Shown here piece by piece: positions 18,388 to 27,599 of a DNA stretch of 64,000 bases (positions are counted from its first letter, which is position 1; the number at the start of each line of letters is the position of its first letter). Made by a program: the position numbers and the translations under genes. The notes beneath the pieces were generated by a model. That model was given only the letters and a program-made list of their open reading frames with translations, was not told where the DNA came from and made no database searches. Location: positions 1-64,000 of IMG/VR virus record IMGVR_UViG_3300035212_003113; one strand, given 5' to 3'.

Positions 18388-18465
18388 CCGCTGTTAGCTA
18401 AATTGGTGACGGCAGCCCGCTCATAACGGGAAGATATGTAGGTTCGAGTCCTACACAGCGGACCA
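18388..18465 (+). tRNA. tRNA(CAU), probably Ile2
   Basis: cloverleaf, CTCATAA loop, encoded CCA, C4:G69 and C29:G41, directly upstream of tilS. Confidence 0.85.
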
Positions 18466-18468
18466 TTG

Positions 18469-18499
18469 CGCCCTCCCCGGCCAATAACCGGGGAGGGCT
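18469..18499 (+). other. GC-rich hairpin between tRNA and tilS
   Basis: GCCCTCCCCGG-CCAATAA-CCGGGGAGGGC. Confidence 0.55.
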
Positions 18500-18506
18500 A
18501 TTTACA

Positions 18507-19139
18507 ATGATTAAATTCAAGCTTAAAATTCCTTTAGATGTTACCGTCGCTTGCAGCGGAGGCGTTGACAGCATGGCGGTACTTCATTTTCTTTCACAAA
18601 GAAAAACCAGACCTAGGGTTGCCTACATGCACCACGGCACGGAGCACGGAGAGGAAGCTTACCAGTTTGTCAAGCAGTATTGCGCCGACAACAATCTAGA
18701 GCTGTCTGTTGGCAACTTGCTTAGGGACAGGCAGCGCGACGAGTCACCAGAAGAATTCTGGAGAATTCAACGCTATGCCTTTCTTCACGGTATCCCCGGA
18801 ACAGTTGTCATGGCGCATCATCTCGATGATAATATGGAATCATGGCTGCTCAGCGCACTGCATGGCAAGCCCTCCGTAATGCCGATCCGAAACAGGAACG
18901 TCATCCGGCCATTTATGATGACCAAGAAATCTGAATTAATGGATTGGTGCTGCCGCCATAGCGTGCCATATGTCCACGACAAGAGTAATGAAGATACTAA
19001 GTACGCCAGGAATAGAATTCGTAATAACATTATTCCAGAGGCACTTGCGGTAAACCCAGGATTGCACAAGGTAGTTGGCAAGCTCGTGGCGGCGCAATAT
19101 GCCAAAGAGGCCGAGAGCGGCAGTGTGCTGCCCGCGTAA
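18507..19139 (+). CDS. tilS: tRNA(Ile)-lysidine synthase, minimal catalytic form
   Basis: SGGVDS PP-loop, AHHLDD, DxSN...YxRNRIR. Confidence 0.85.
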   Translation: MIKFKLKIPLDVTVACSGGVDSMAVLHFLSQRKTRPRVAYMHHGTEHGEEAYQFVKQYCADNNLELSVGNLLRDRQRDESPEEFWRIQRYAFLHGIPGTVVMAHHLDDNMESWLLSALHGKPSVMPIRNRNVIRPFMMTKKSELMDWCCRHSVPYVHDKSNEDTKYARNRIRNNIIPEALAVNPGLHKVVGKLVAAQYAKEAESGSVLPA

Positions 19140-19161
19140 CAAGACACAAGGACCCACCCGT

Positions 19162-19422
19162 ATGAAAGTCTACGCAGTAATGCACGGCTGCCTCTACGAG
19201 GGCGGCGATTTACATTCCGTTCACGCTAGCCGAGAGTCGGCGCTCGTTGCCGTGACCTCCCTGTTGAAAGAGGAGGCGGACCAGCTAGCGGCTTACCGGG
19301 CGGAGGATTCGTGGTGGAACGACCCCTGCCTTGAATTCAGCAAAGTGAAAGAGGGCTTCTGGAAAAATAACGGCGGCTATATTTCTATTGTAGAGCATGA
19401 GCTGCTCGGCGCAAGGTCTTAG
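19162..19422 (+). CDS. hypothetical protein
   Basis: MKVYAV...YEG; resembles 12798. Confidence 0.65.
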   Translation: MKVYAVMHGCLYEGGDLHSVHASRESALVAVTSLLKEEADQLAAYRAEDSWWNDPCLEFSKVKEGFWKNNGGYISIVEHELLGARS

Positions 19423-19502
19423 CCGGCTGTAATAAATGTTCCGTTGTCTATCAAAGTGTCCGGTCTTTTGGGGCACTTGTTTAGATATTTAGGAGCATTA
19501 CA

Positions 19503-20234
19503 ATGAGCTATAAGAAGTTTGCGCAGGATCTATACGCGGTTGCCAGCCAGTTGGATGCGCTTGGAAAGCGTGGACTTGCAGACCGGGTTGACGGCATTGC
19601 AAATAAAATAATTTCCTCGGCAGCCCCAAGGGCAGTTAGTGATGAGCTGCGTCAACATCTAGTTGATAGTTTTCTGAAGTTATTTCCTAATGGCAGTGAC
19701 AAGCAGTTTTCTAAGTATCTGGAAGACATAGGCATGAAAAATTCGGGCCTTGGAGATACTCGGCCGGGCAGAATGGGTATTTCTATTCCCGAAGAAATAA
19801 AGATGTCAGAAATGCTGCAAGAGAAAAGACTTCGAGCAAAGATGAGCCCTTCGCCATCTATAGCAGGCGCTGTCTCTAAGGTGAAGCCATCTCCAGCCGG
19901 CATCGGCCATATGCCAAAGGGAAAAGCGGCTGCGATTATTGCAGCAGTAGGCGTAGCGGCTGCGGCCATAGCTGGTTACTTTATGCAGAGCTCCAATGAT
20001 AGCGAGCGTCTTGACACAGAGATGCAGGCACTCAAGGCAATGGTAGAAAGAGCGGCCGACAAGGATGATGCCGCTGTTAATCGCATCGCGGATTACGGGC
20101 TTTTGAAAGTAAAAGATATTCGCGGCAAGATAGGCAAAGAGCCTGGTTACGAAGCTGCGCCAGAGCAAATGCAGGCGCTAAGATCACTAGAAAAAGCACT
20201 TGTGGAGATCAAAGACGATATCGCCATGGACTGA
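19503..20234 (+). CDS. leader-family protein with one hydrophobic segment
   Basis: MSYKKFAQDLYAVASQLDALGKRGLADRVDGI. Confidence 0.75.
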   Translation: MSYKKFAQDLYAVASQLDALGKRGLADRVDGIANKIISSAAPRAVSDELRQHLVDSFLKLFPNGSDKQFSKYLEDIGMKNSGLGDTRPGRMGISIPEEIKMSEMLQEKRLRAKMSPSPSIAGAVSKVKPSPAGIGHMPKGKAAAIIAAVGVAAAAIAGYFMQSSNDSERLDTEMQALKAMVERAADKDDAAVNRIADYGLLKVKDIRGKIGKEPGYEAAPEQMQALRSLEKALVEIKDDIAMD

Positions 20235-20253
20235 TTGCAGTGGCCATAATGAT

Positions 20254-20285
20254 AAAAAGAGAGGCGCGTTGCGCCTCTTTTATTT
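20254..20285. terminator. bidirectional terminator between convergent genes
   Basis: AAAAGAGAGGCGC-GTT-GCGCCTCTTTT. Confidence 0.7.
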
Positions 20286-21308
20286 CTTCCGTCTTAGTGT
20301 TCGTCCCATCTTTGCCGATCTCTGATCGAACAGGTCTTGCATTTCTTGGGGCAGGGCTCCTCGCACCGCGCCAATTGCATTCATCATATTGGCAACGCCA
20401 TCTAGCTCTTTTCGGTTCAGCTCCCCTGCGTATTCTTTTTCATACATATCGAGGCCCAGCTGAGCTTTGCTGAGGTTCCTGATTACATCATCAGCGTTTT
20501 GTGAATTCATGGCCGCCTCAAGCCATCCCCAAATCTGATCGGTAAGTGTCTCGTCATGCGTACCAATTGCCTTCTGGACCCAGCCGGCGCCGAAAGACCC
20601 GAGAGAGGGAAAGGCTTTGACTAGTAAGGTTCCGACTGCAACCCCTAGCGCCCCTGCTAGAGCAACGCCAGCGGCTCCTGCTGCGCCAGCACCGGCCAGA
20701 GTGCCTTTGGCTGCGGCAAGTCCAGCACCTGCCATCTCGGTGGCCTTGGCGCCTGCTGCCCAGCCGCCTATAGCCCCTGCTACGCCGCCAGTCTCTCCTC
20801 CCAATTCATAGCCGATCTGCTCGCCAACCATACTGCCCGCCAGCCCTCCGGCGGCGCCCGGTAATCGGCCAACAAGCCCTCTTGCCGTAGCTGCTCCCGG
20901 ACCTGACATCAGCCGCTTGGCTGCTTCTCCAGCAAGCATTTCCCCGCCAACTGCTCCCGCATTTCCTGCTAGGTTGGCATTCCATTCTTTCTCTGAGTGC
21001 GACGAGCCAGATTGATCGCCGACTATCCCTCCTGCTACTGCGCCTGCTATGCCACCAACTATGCCTGCGGCAGTTGGTATGCGCGTGCGTGCTTTGCTAG
21101 GATTTATAATTTTAGTACGGGTCTTGGCTCCACTGGCTCCCTTTGACCCAGCGCTCCATGTCCTTGTCTTTATCTTGGTCTCTTTTGCTACTGAGACGAG
21201 CACTTCTTCTAGGATTGCGTCGCAAGCGTCTGCCGCTTTTTCTAGACCTGCGGCATCTAAGTCTGCCGCTACGATGCGAATATCTTCCATTATTTTCTTA
21301 ATTGACAT
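20280..21308 (-). CDS. leader-family protein with glycine-zipper region
   Basis: MSIKKIMEDIRIVAADLDAAGLEKAADACDAI; GxxxG arrays. Confidence 0.75.
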   Translation of the reverse strand: MSIKKIMEDIRIVAADLDAAGLEKAADACDAILEEVLVSVAKETKIKTRTWSAGSKGASGAKTRTKIINPSKARTRIPTAAGIVGGIAGAVAGGIVGDQSGSSHSEKEWNANLAGNAGAVGGEMLAGEAAKRLMSGPGAATARGLVGRLPGAAGGLAGSMVGEQIGYELGGETGGVAGAIGGWAAGAKATEMAGAGLAAAKGTLAGAGAAGAAGVALAGALGVAVGTLLVKAFPSLGSFGAGWVQKAIGTHDETLTDQIWGWLEAAMNSQNADDVIRNLSKAQLGLDMYEKEYAGELNRKELDGVANMMNAIGAVRGALPQEMQDLFDQRSAKMGRTLRRKK

Positions 21309-21353
21309 GGTCGCTCCCTTGATAGACTCGTGATTATTATTAGCGAGAAAGAC

Positions 21354-21566
21354 ATGAAACTGTGGACCGGCAACTACCAGATACAGGATCGGTACGGGCG
21401 CGTACTATATAGATTTGAAGATTCCACGCTTCAGACAATGCAGGAATATATGGACGCTTTTACAGCAGGCTACTCGCATGTGCTGCCTCTCCGTCTCCTG
21501 GCTGAAGATGCTCTAGGCGAGTTAGTAGAGATTAGTCGGCGAGAGGACTGTGATGAAACTGCGTGA
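21354..21566 (+). CDS. family B paralog
   Basis: MKLWTGNY...DALGEL. Confidence 0.65.
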   Translation: MKLWTGNYQIQDRYGRVLYRFEDSTLQTMQEYMDAFTAGYSHVLPLRLLAEDALGELVEISRREDCDETA

Positions 21567-21873
21567 CGGGGCCATCCGGCTAGTCCTTGAAGACTGGGTT
21601 TCTGGGTCAGAAGGGCGTGTGTATGCCCTTCGCTCTGATCACATGACCTATTGGTACGGCAGGGCTATTTACATAGTCATGCAGAATCATGAGCGAGTTG
21701 GCGTTAGCTTTGCTGCTCGTAATACCGGAATAGGTTTGCCTGCATTTTGGCCCGATCCGTACGCGCTAAGCGTTGACAATCTGCGGCAATTAGATGCGGA
21801 TATTGCGGCTTGCCGGCATGAAGAAATAGTTTCAATTCTTATTGCCTTCAAGAAAGAGGTGTGCGCCCAATGA
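21553..21873 (+). CDS. hypothetical protein (MKL start)
   Basis: 14-nt overlap. Confidence 0.65.
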   Translation: MKLRDGAIRLVLEDWVSGSEGRVYALRSDHMTYWYGRAIYIVMQNHERVGVSFAARNTGIGLPAFWPDPYALSVDNLRQLDADIAACRHEEIVSILIAFKKEVCAQ

Positions 21874-22085
21874 AACTCTCATGCTCTTCTTGCGGGCCGA
21901 TTGAGGCTTGTAACTGCACTGTGTCATATGCTGAGTATCTGCGACTGGTTCATCTGCTGACTAGGCTGAAAGACTGGGTTGACTATCCTACTCCGCCAGA
22001 GCTAATAGACGAGCTGCATCGCGCTATCAGCGAAGCGGATGTGCCGTGGACGCCTGCTGTACAGGAAGGCGGCAATGAAACTTAG
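21870..22085 (+). CDS. hypothetical protein (MKL start)
   Basis: ATGA overlap. Confidence 0.6.
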   Translation: MKLSCSSCGPIEACNCTVSYAEYLRLVHLLTRLKDWVDYPTPPELIDELHRAISEADVPWTPAVQEGGNET

Positions 22086-22386
22086 TAGAGTAGAGATCGA
22101 GATTGCAGTCGGAGAGGGGGATTGGGCCGGTGTGCTCGGTGCGTTTTCACGGCACTTTGGCGTGCCAGCAATCGGGGATATGACTACACGTCCTTCAATA
22201 TACAAGCGCAGTCAGGCGTCGCTGTACCTGCCCACTCCTCGCAATCTCGCTGCGATTATTTATATAAGGTGTGGAGGGCGGGAGTACAGATCGGATTTCA
22301 TGGGCATCTACGATCTCGATGCCTTGCCCGGTACGCCTGACTCATTTGTAATTGTGCAGCTGGTCGATAAGCATGAAACTGAGTAG
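22075..22386 (+). CDS. family A paralog
   Basis: MKLSRVEIEIAVGEGDW...RHFG. Confidence 0.75.
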   Translation: MKLSRVEIEIAVGEGDWAGVLGAFSRHFGVPAIGDMTTRPSIYKRSQASLYLPTPRNLAAIIYIRCGGREYRSDFMGIYDLDALPGTPDSFVIVQLVDKHETE

Positions 22387-22498
22387 TAGCTGTGACTACG
22401 AGGTTCTTACTGCGCGCCTGAGCCACTTCTATGTCCATCCGTACACGATATTGCACTGGCACGCCAACCCCGACACGTCCCAGTCCTAGGAAATCATC

Positions 22499-23074
22499 AT
22501 GACCCAGGTGAGCTTTTCGTGCCGCATTTGCGGGGCTTTTGTATCAAGGCCTGATCGCAGTAGATCCGGCGGCTGTTGTTCGCCGAAGTGCTCTGCGCAT
22601 ATTCGTCATGCCGCTGCCGTAAGCCGCAATAGATTTGCCGCAATGTGCACAAGCCCAGATCCCGTAGACAGCAAGATAAATCTGGCTCCAGATTGCAGTG
22701 CCATTGATGCGCTACCAGTCCTGACCCAGGAAGATCTCTGGATCTTCCTGCTGCATATCGCAGCCACCTGCTGTACCGCTAGGCAGGCGGAGTGCATCCG
22801 GTTGCATTTTGGTTCTGGCTTGACCCAGAGGGAGATCGCCAATGAGATCGGTCTGAATCAGTCTACGGTTGCTCATTCGCTATATGGCATCAAGCTAACT
22901 TCCAATCGGGAGCAAGATGCAAAAAATCAAGGAAAGTATTATGGCGGCGCCATAAGGAGCATCAGGAAGCAGCTGCTTGATAAGTCAAAGCAAGAACAGC
23001 TACAGGCTTTGCTGACCCGCGCCGGTACGCTAGTAGAGCGCCCCGGCCCTAAAGCCGGGCCGCCCCGATCCTGA
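22499..23074 (+). CDS. Cys-rich N-term plus sigma-70 region 4-like HTH protein
   Basis: TARQAECIRLHFGSGLTQREIANEIGLNQSTV. Confidence 0.7.
   Translation: MTQVSFSCRICGAFVSRPDRSRSGGCCSPKCSAHIRHAAAVSRNRFAAMCTSPDPVDSKINLAPDCSAIDALPVLTQEDLWIFLLHIAATCCTARQAECIRLHFGSGLTQREIANEIGLNQSTVAHSLYGIKLTSNREQDAKNQGKYYGGAIRSIRKQLLDKSKQEQLQALLTRAGTLVERPGPKAGPPRS
23049..23074 (+). promoter_or_regulatory. motif copy 6
   Basis: CTAAA gccgggccgcccc GATCCTGA agga CGA. Confidence 0.65.
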
Positions 23075-23105
23075 AGGACGACCCCGAACCACGGCAAAGG
23101 ATGTT

Positions 23106-23522
23106 ATGAAGATCAAGGATGCTTCGGTTTTCGCTAATCGTGAATCTATTCTTCAGGCCCTCAAGGAGCACTCATTTCCCCACGTTCGAGTATATTACTG
23201 CGGTAGTGGCGACAGCGGTGGTATTGAAGAAATCGAAGTAGAAGGCATGAAGGGGGACGGCCCGGAAGTTAAATTCATTCACAGTAAGACTGCCTGGGAC
23301 CGCGCCCGAGAGAGCTGGAATGAATCTATTGTAGAAGAGTCGATGCCGCTTGCAAAAGCAATCGAGCAGCATTGCTACGACCTGATCGAGCGCGAGCATG
23401 GTGGCTGGGAAAATAATGACGGCGGCAGCGGCGAGTTCATCTTTGATACCGAAAACGGCAAGATCAACTGGACGCATAACGAGTATTATACCGAGCAAAA
23501 AACCAGTGAGCACGAGGTCTGA
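23106..23522 (+). CDS. conserved hypothetical (DUF6878-like, from recall)
   Basis: GSGDSGGIE...GWENNDGGSGEF; usual partner of the next gene. Confidence 0.7.
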   Translation: MKIKDASVFANRESILQALKEHSFPHVRVYYCGSGDSGGIEEIEVEGMKGDGPEVKFIHSKTAWDRARESWNESIVEESMPLAKAIEQHCYDLIEREHGGWENNDGGSGEFIFDTENGKINWTHNEYYTEQKTSEHEV

Positions 23523-23871
23523 TGTGCATACCATTCATCATGCTGAAAACTCTGCACGCATCTTTGGCGGCGCTGCTGAGGATTATCAAGCCATTCATGA
23601 CTGGCTCGATGAGACGAAGATCGCGTATTGCGACTTCCGGCATCGCGCCCTGCGCCACCATTCTTTTGGAGTGTTTGAGGCCGAGCGAGTATTTGGCAAG
23701 TCTATCGTGAATAGCGAAGGGCGCAAGGTACCCGTGCGTTATATTGCAGAACAACACATCAAAGAAGATTGCGGCGGCCGTGTTCCTACTATTGAGGATT
23801 GGCTTAAGCATATGCAGCCGCAGGCTTGGATGACGCGCGGCTATAAGATTGATGCCCCTGCTAAGGAGTGA
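23522..23871 (+). CDS. conserved hypothetical (DUF6915-like, from recall)
   Basis: HHAENSAR.FGG...IHDWLD...RHRALRHH...EQHIKEDCG. Confidence 0.75.
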
Positions 23872-24512
23872 TAATGAGACGCCAGCAAACAGTTTGGGTG
23901 TGCCGTAAAACAGGAAGGGTCTTCTTGGATCGCGCAGAGTTTCAAGAGCATCTGCTTGCCCGCCGCGAGACCCAGCAGTACGAGCGCCGTCGTTCCCGTA
24001 TCATTGCTGCGGGCGATGAGTTTGCAGCTAACTGCGAGACCATCGCGGAGCTAGAGGCCTGGCTAAATAATAGCTCTTTCTTCCTGGACTTTGCCCTCCT
24101 GAATGATCCTGGCGCCAACTCAACGCTGACTGACTTTAGCTTTAGCGATATCTATGCTGGCAATTGCAGCAACTCGCACTCTGCGCCCCGTGGCCGCAGC
24201 ACAAACTGGTGGGGGCGTGGAGAAGCGGGCGAAGAGGGAGTGCCGCGCAGCTATCCCGGTATCTCTTGCAATATCCACTTCAAGGGCGATATTAAGTCAG
24301 AGGAGCATTGGGGCTGCCGGGCCACCGACTTCTTGAAAGCTATTGGCATTTGCACCGGCACAGGCGGAGGCGGGTCTCCCACTTACCGCTACGGCTGTAC
24401 CATCTGGGCGCAGCACTTTCCCAAGCTGTTTCGCAATCTGGCTGCCGCGGCAGTCGCTCGGAGCATTGGCATTGAAGCTACTGGCATTAGCGTGAGCACG
24501 TATGAAGCTTGA
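23868..24512 (+). CDS. hypothetical protein
   Basis: 214-aa ORF, GTGA overlap. Confidence 0.7.
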   Translation: MIMRRQQTVWVCRKTGRVFLDRAEFQEHLLARRETQQYERRRSRIIAAGDEFAANCETIAELEAWLNNSSFFLDFALLNDPGANSTLTDFSFSDIYAGNCSNSHSAPRGRSTNWWGRGEAGEEGVPRSYPGISCNIHFKGDIKSEEHWGCRATDFLKAIGICTGTGGGGSPTYRYGCTIWAQHFPKLFRNLAAAAVARSIGIEATGISVSTYEA

Positions 24513-24786
24513 CTTGAAAACAACCATTACCCACGGCAATCCTCAGCAGTTACAGGCCGTCATCCAGAAAGAATTTGGGGCCGATCTGCCTATCAAATTG
24601 CTGGAGGATTTCACCTGTAAGCCAGAAGCAGCAGTAGTGTTCCGCTGTAGCAACGGGCAGGTGACTGGCATTGTTCGCAGTCCAGGAGTGATTACTCGCG
24701 GGATCAGAGATGTGGCCAATAATATTAAAGCAATCTTTTACTGGCGAGAAGGCGGCAGCCTACAAGCAAAGATGCTGCAAGATTAA
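24502..24786 (+). CDS. family A-like paralog (divergent)
   Basis: MKLDL...KEFG; 11-nt overlap. Confidence 0.6.
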   Translation: MKLDLKTTITHGNPQQLQAVIQKEFGADLPIKLLEDFTCKPEAAVVFRCSNGQVTGIVRSPGVITRGIRDVANNIKAIFYWREGGSLQAKMLQD

Positions 24787-25058
24787 CGGGGTTTGTTGAC
24801 GTTGACTAGGCGTCGCAACTCTGATATCATTGCATACAGCTCAGCCGGGATAGTTATCTGCTTGGATATTATTATTTGCATGCCCGTATCAAAATGCTTC
24901 AGAGCCTCGCTGACTGCGGCCACCCAGTCGGGATGGCGCTGATCTGGGTTGCCGGCTGACTTAGTCAGGGATTCGATAATCGAATCAATCCGGTCGGCTG
25001 CTGCGTATTCGCCAGCTGCGTCTAGCTCGTTGGCCAGTGAAGAAAGTTTTTTAATCAT
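24783..25058 (-). CDS. leader-family protein (short)
   Basis: MIKKLSSLANELDAAGEYAAADRIDSII. Confidence 0.75.
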   Translation of the reverse strand: MIKKLSSLANELDAAGEYAAADRIDSIIESLTKSAGNPDQRHPDWVAAVSEALKHFDTGMQIIISKQITIPAELYAMISELRRLVNVNKPR

Positions 25059-25124
25059 GCGTGGTCACCTGTTTTATTTTGGATTGATTTAATAGGTGGA
25101 CGATTCCACAGATGATGGCGCCTT

Positions 25125-25212
25125 GGGAAAATGGCCGAGTGGCTTAAGGCACCGGATTACTAACCCGGCGTACCGCAAGGTACCGTGAGTTCGACTCTCA
25201 CTTTTCCCGCCA
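25125..25212 (+). tRNA. tRNA-Ser with ACU anticodon
   Basis: GGGAAAA/TTTTCCC acceptor, TT-ACT-AA loop, long variable arm, G73, encoded CCA. Confidence 0.8.
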
Positions 25213-25285
25213 TTGTATTGCTATCCAACGCGCTTTTTACTGGTACGGCATCTAGCAATTCTCCTGGATTAGCGGAGGAGATGCC

Positions 25286-26689
25286 ATGAAGATTGCAAAA
25301 GACTTGTTAAAGATTGCGCATGAGCTGGACGAGAGCGGACTGTATGATCTGGCGGATAGCATAGATTCGCTGGCTGTTAAGCTGGCTTTTGATTTAAACG
25401 AGCAAAAAAAACAGCAGTTAGCTGATCTTGCTAAAAGAGATATGTCCCAGATAAAGCCGCCTCTGCCAAAAAATTTAGATATTGGTCCAGAGATCAAGGA
25501 CTTTCCGGCAGAGCAAGGCAGGCCCAGAACTCCTAGCGACTGGTCTGAATCGGCGCAGAAGGCGGAGAGAGAGATCCATAAAGAGAGGATGAAGCTCGAC
25601 AAGAAGCTGAGGGCAGAGTTTGATAAAGAGCTTCGTAAATCTCCTGGCTGGGAAAAGGCCAATGCAGCTCAACGCAAAGAAATTATCGAGGCCGCCAAAG
25701 CTCGCGTAAGAGGCGCAATGGCGAATCTCCAAGAGGGCGCCCGGTCCGTAGGAGAAGCAGCAGGCAAGGCAAAAGCCTACAGAGCTGACCCAAGCAACTC
25801 TTGGAAGACAGGTCTTAAGGGTGCTAAGCCCGGAATGGTATCTGGTCTTCTTGGCGGCGCAGTAGGCACTCACGCTGGCGCAACTATAGGCGAGGCTATA
25901 GGCGGAGATACAGGAAAGCTGGTAGGCGGGATTGTAGGCGGCGTAGCAGGCGCAACAGTCGCTGGAACGCCTGTGGGCAAAGCCCTCCTCGCAGGTTGGG
26001 TAATAGGTACCGCTATAAATGAAGCTGGGCTGGGAGACGCGATCCAGCAAGCTTTGTCAGCCAAAGAAGATGCTTCAGCTGAAGCTGGCCAGCTCAAAGA
26101 CATGATTGAGATATTTGACAAGACTGCCAAGATCATCGACCACCCTGCTACGCCTATGGAGACCAAGGTCAAAAAATACCTCAATATAGAGAATCTGATA
26201 AACAACATCATAAAGCATCCGGCTGCATTGCCCGTGCTAGGTCAAGACGGAGTAGAGAAGTTCAGAGGATTGAAGGCAAAAATGGACGCAGATGTAGCTG
26301 CCGCTGCCTCGTCTGCGCCGGCAGTAATGGAGATAACGACTGAAGAACTGGCTGCTGCCAAGGCACCTCGAAAAGTAGCACCTTCTCCTGCCATTCGTCA
26401 GCTTCAAGTCAACCTAAACAAGCTTAACGAAGCAGGCAAGACGCCTCTGCCCGCCAAGCTAGTAGAAGACGGTCTGGTTGGCAAGTATACTCGTGGAGCA
26501 ATAAGCGCCTTCGATCCCGCTAGCGGCGGTCGCGTAACCCGCGATCTACTCAAACGCGTATCAGATGCAGCTGCTAATGCTGGCAGTGTCGAAAGTGATG
26601 TCGCTCCCGATGCAGCACCACCGATGTCCGTAGCAGCACCATTCATACCAAACACTCCTATGATGCAAGGCAGGCAAGCAATGCCATGA
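25286..26689 (+). CDS. leader-family protein: glycine zipper plus putative peptidoglycan-binding domain
   Basis: MKIAKDLLKIAHELDESGLYDLADSIDSL; IRQLQxxLN...EDGLVGKYTRGAI. Confidence 0.75.
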   Translation: MKIAKDLLKIAHELDESGLYDLADSIDSLAVKLAFDLNEQKKQQLADLAKRDMSQIKPPLPKNLDIGPEIKDFPAEQGRPRTPSDWSESAQKAEREIHKERMKLDKKLRAEFDKELRKSPGWEKANAAQRKEIIEAAKARVRGAMANLQEGARSVGEAAGKAKAYRADPSNSWKTGLKGAKPGMVSGLLGGAVGTHAGATIGEAIGGDTGKLVGGIVGGVAGATVAGTPVGKALLAGWVIGTAINEAGLGDAIQQALSAKEDASAEAGQLKDMIEIFDKTAKIIDHPATPMETKVKKYLNIENLINNIIKHPAALPVLGQDGVEKFRGLKAKMDADVAAAASSAPAVMEITTEELAAAKAPRKVAPSPAIRQLQVNLNKLNEAGKTPLPAKLVEDGLVGKYTRGAISAFDPASGGRVTRDLLKRVSDAAANAGSVESDVAPDAAPPMSVAAPFIPNTPMMQGRQAMP

Positions 26690-26708
26690 TGCGTGGACAT
26701 TTTCATTG

Positions 26709-26739
26709 AAAAAAGACCGGAGGCAACTCCGGTTTTTTT
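26709..26739 (+). terminator. intrinsic terminator
   Basis: ACCGGAG-GCAA-CTCCGGT then T run. Confidence 0.7.
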
Positions 26740-26766
26740 ATGTAAACTTTCTTCAAAGGAAATCTT

Positions 26767-27084
26767 GTGAGCGCCGAAGAGACTTGCCCATCTTGTGGGC
26801 GGACAGACCACGCGGCATACATGTGCTGGCGCGTCGGACGCCTGATTAATCTCTCCGCTGCCGAGGCTAATCAGGAGTACGCTATGCCAGTGGACAAGGA
26901 AGCGGCCCCTGCTTCGATTATCCAAGACAGCAGCTTGATACAGCGCATGAAAGAGCTGCAATCAGATAATGATCGTCTGCGCCGTGCCCTGCTGAATATC
27001 TCAGAATTTTGTGTAGCGTGTCCTGATACTGCGCATTTTGCCGCCCGTATTCTGGATGGCAGTGCGCGCCCAGAAAAGGAATAA
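26767..27084 (+). CDS. hypothetical protein
   Basis: AAGGA SD, GTG start. Confidence 0.6.
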   Translation: MSAEETCPSCGRTDHAAYMCWRVGRLINLSAAEANQEYAMPVDKEAAPASIIQDSSLIQRMKELQSDNDRLRRALLNISEFCVACPDTAHFAARILDGSARPEKE

Positions 27085-27086
27085 GC

Positions 27087-27599
27087 ATGACGCCGCTACT
27101 ACTGCTTGACTTTGACGGCGTATTGAATGCTCTGCTTGACAGGTGCGACTCCCCTAATCCCGATTGGCCGGACTGGGAAAAGTCTACAGCAGACGGCTTT
27201 ACTCTTTGGACAAGCAGGATCATGGCAGCGGCTGTCTCGTCAATCGCAGAGACACACTGGCTGACTACCTGGAACGAGGACGACAAAGCAAATACGCTGC
27301 TGTCACCACTGCTAGGCGTCGGCCCTTTTCCCGTGGCTGCGGCACCGCTTAACTATCCCGAGCGCGATGAGCTATGGAAGCCACGCGCTGTAGCTGCGGC
27401 CCTAAAGACTGGCCGGCCGGTTGTGTGGCTTGATGATGACTGTGAATTGCTGTGGGAGGAATGGCTGAAGGCCGCGCCCGAGTGGAAGCACGAGGGTACA
27501 AGCAATCTGCTCAAGCTTGCGCCCGACCATACGGTTGGCTTGACTGCCCAGCATCTGCGAGCCGTAAAGGATTGGCTGAGCGTTCATGAAGCTACATGA
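27087..27599 (+). CDS. HAD-superfamily phosphatase (RNA-repair-associated type)
   Basis: LLLDFDGVLN, WLTTW, VWLDD motifs. Confidence 0.8.
   Translation: MTPLLLLDFDGVLNALLDRCDSPNPDWPDWEKSTADGFTLWTSRIMAAAVSSIAETHWLTTWNEDDKANTLLSPLLGVGPFPVAAAPLNYPERDELWKPRAVAAALKTGRPVVWLDDDCELLWEEWLKAAPEWKHEGTSNLLKLAPDHTVGLTAQHLRAVKDWLSVHEAT

Noticed and set aside
27402-27425. GGCCCTAAAGACTGGCCGGCCG, resembling the motif
   Set aside because: No GATC box at +13, and it lies inside the HAD coding sequence (AALKTGRP).
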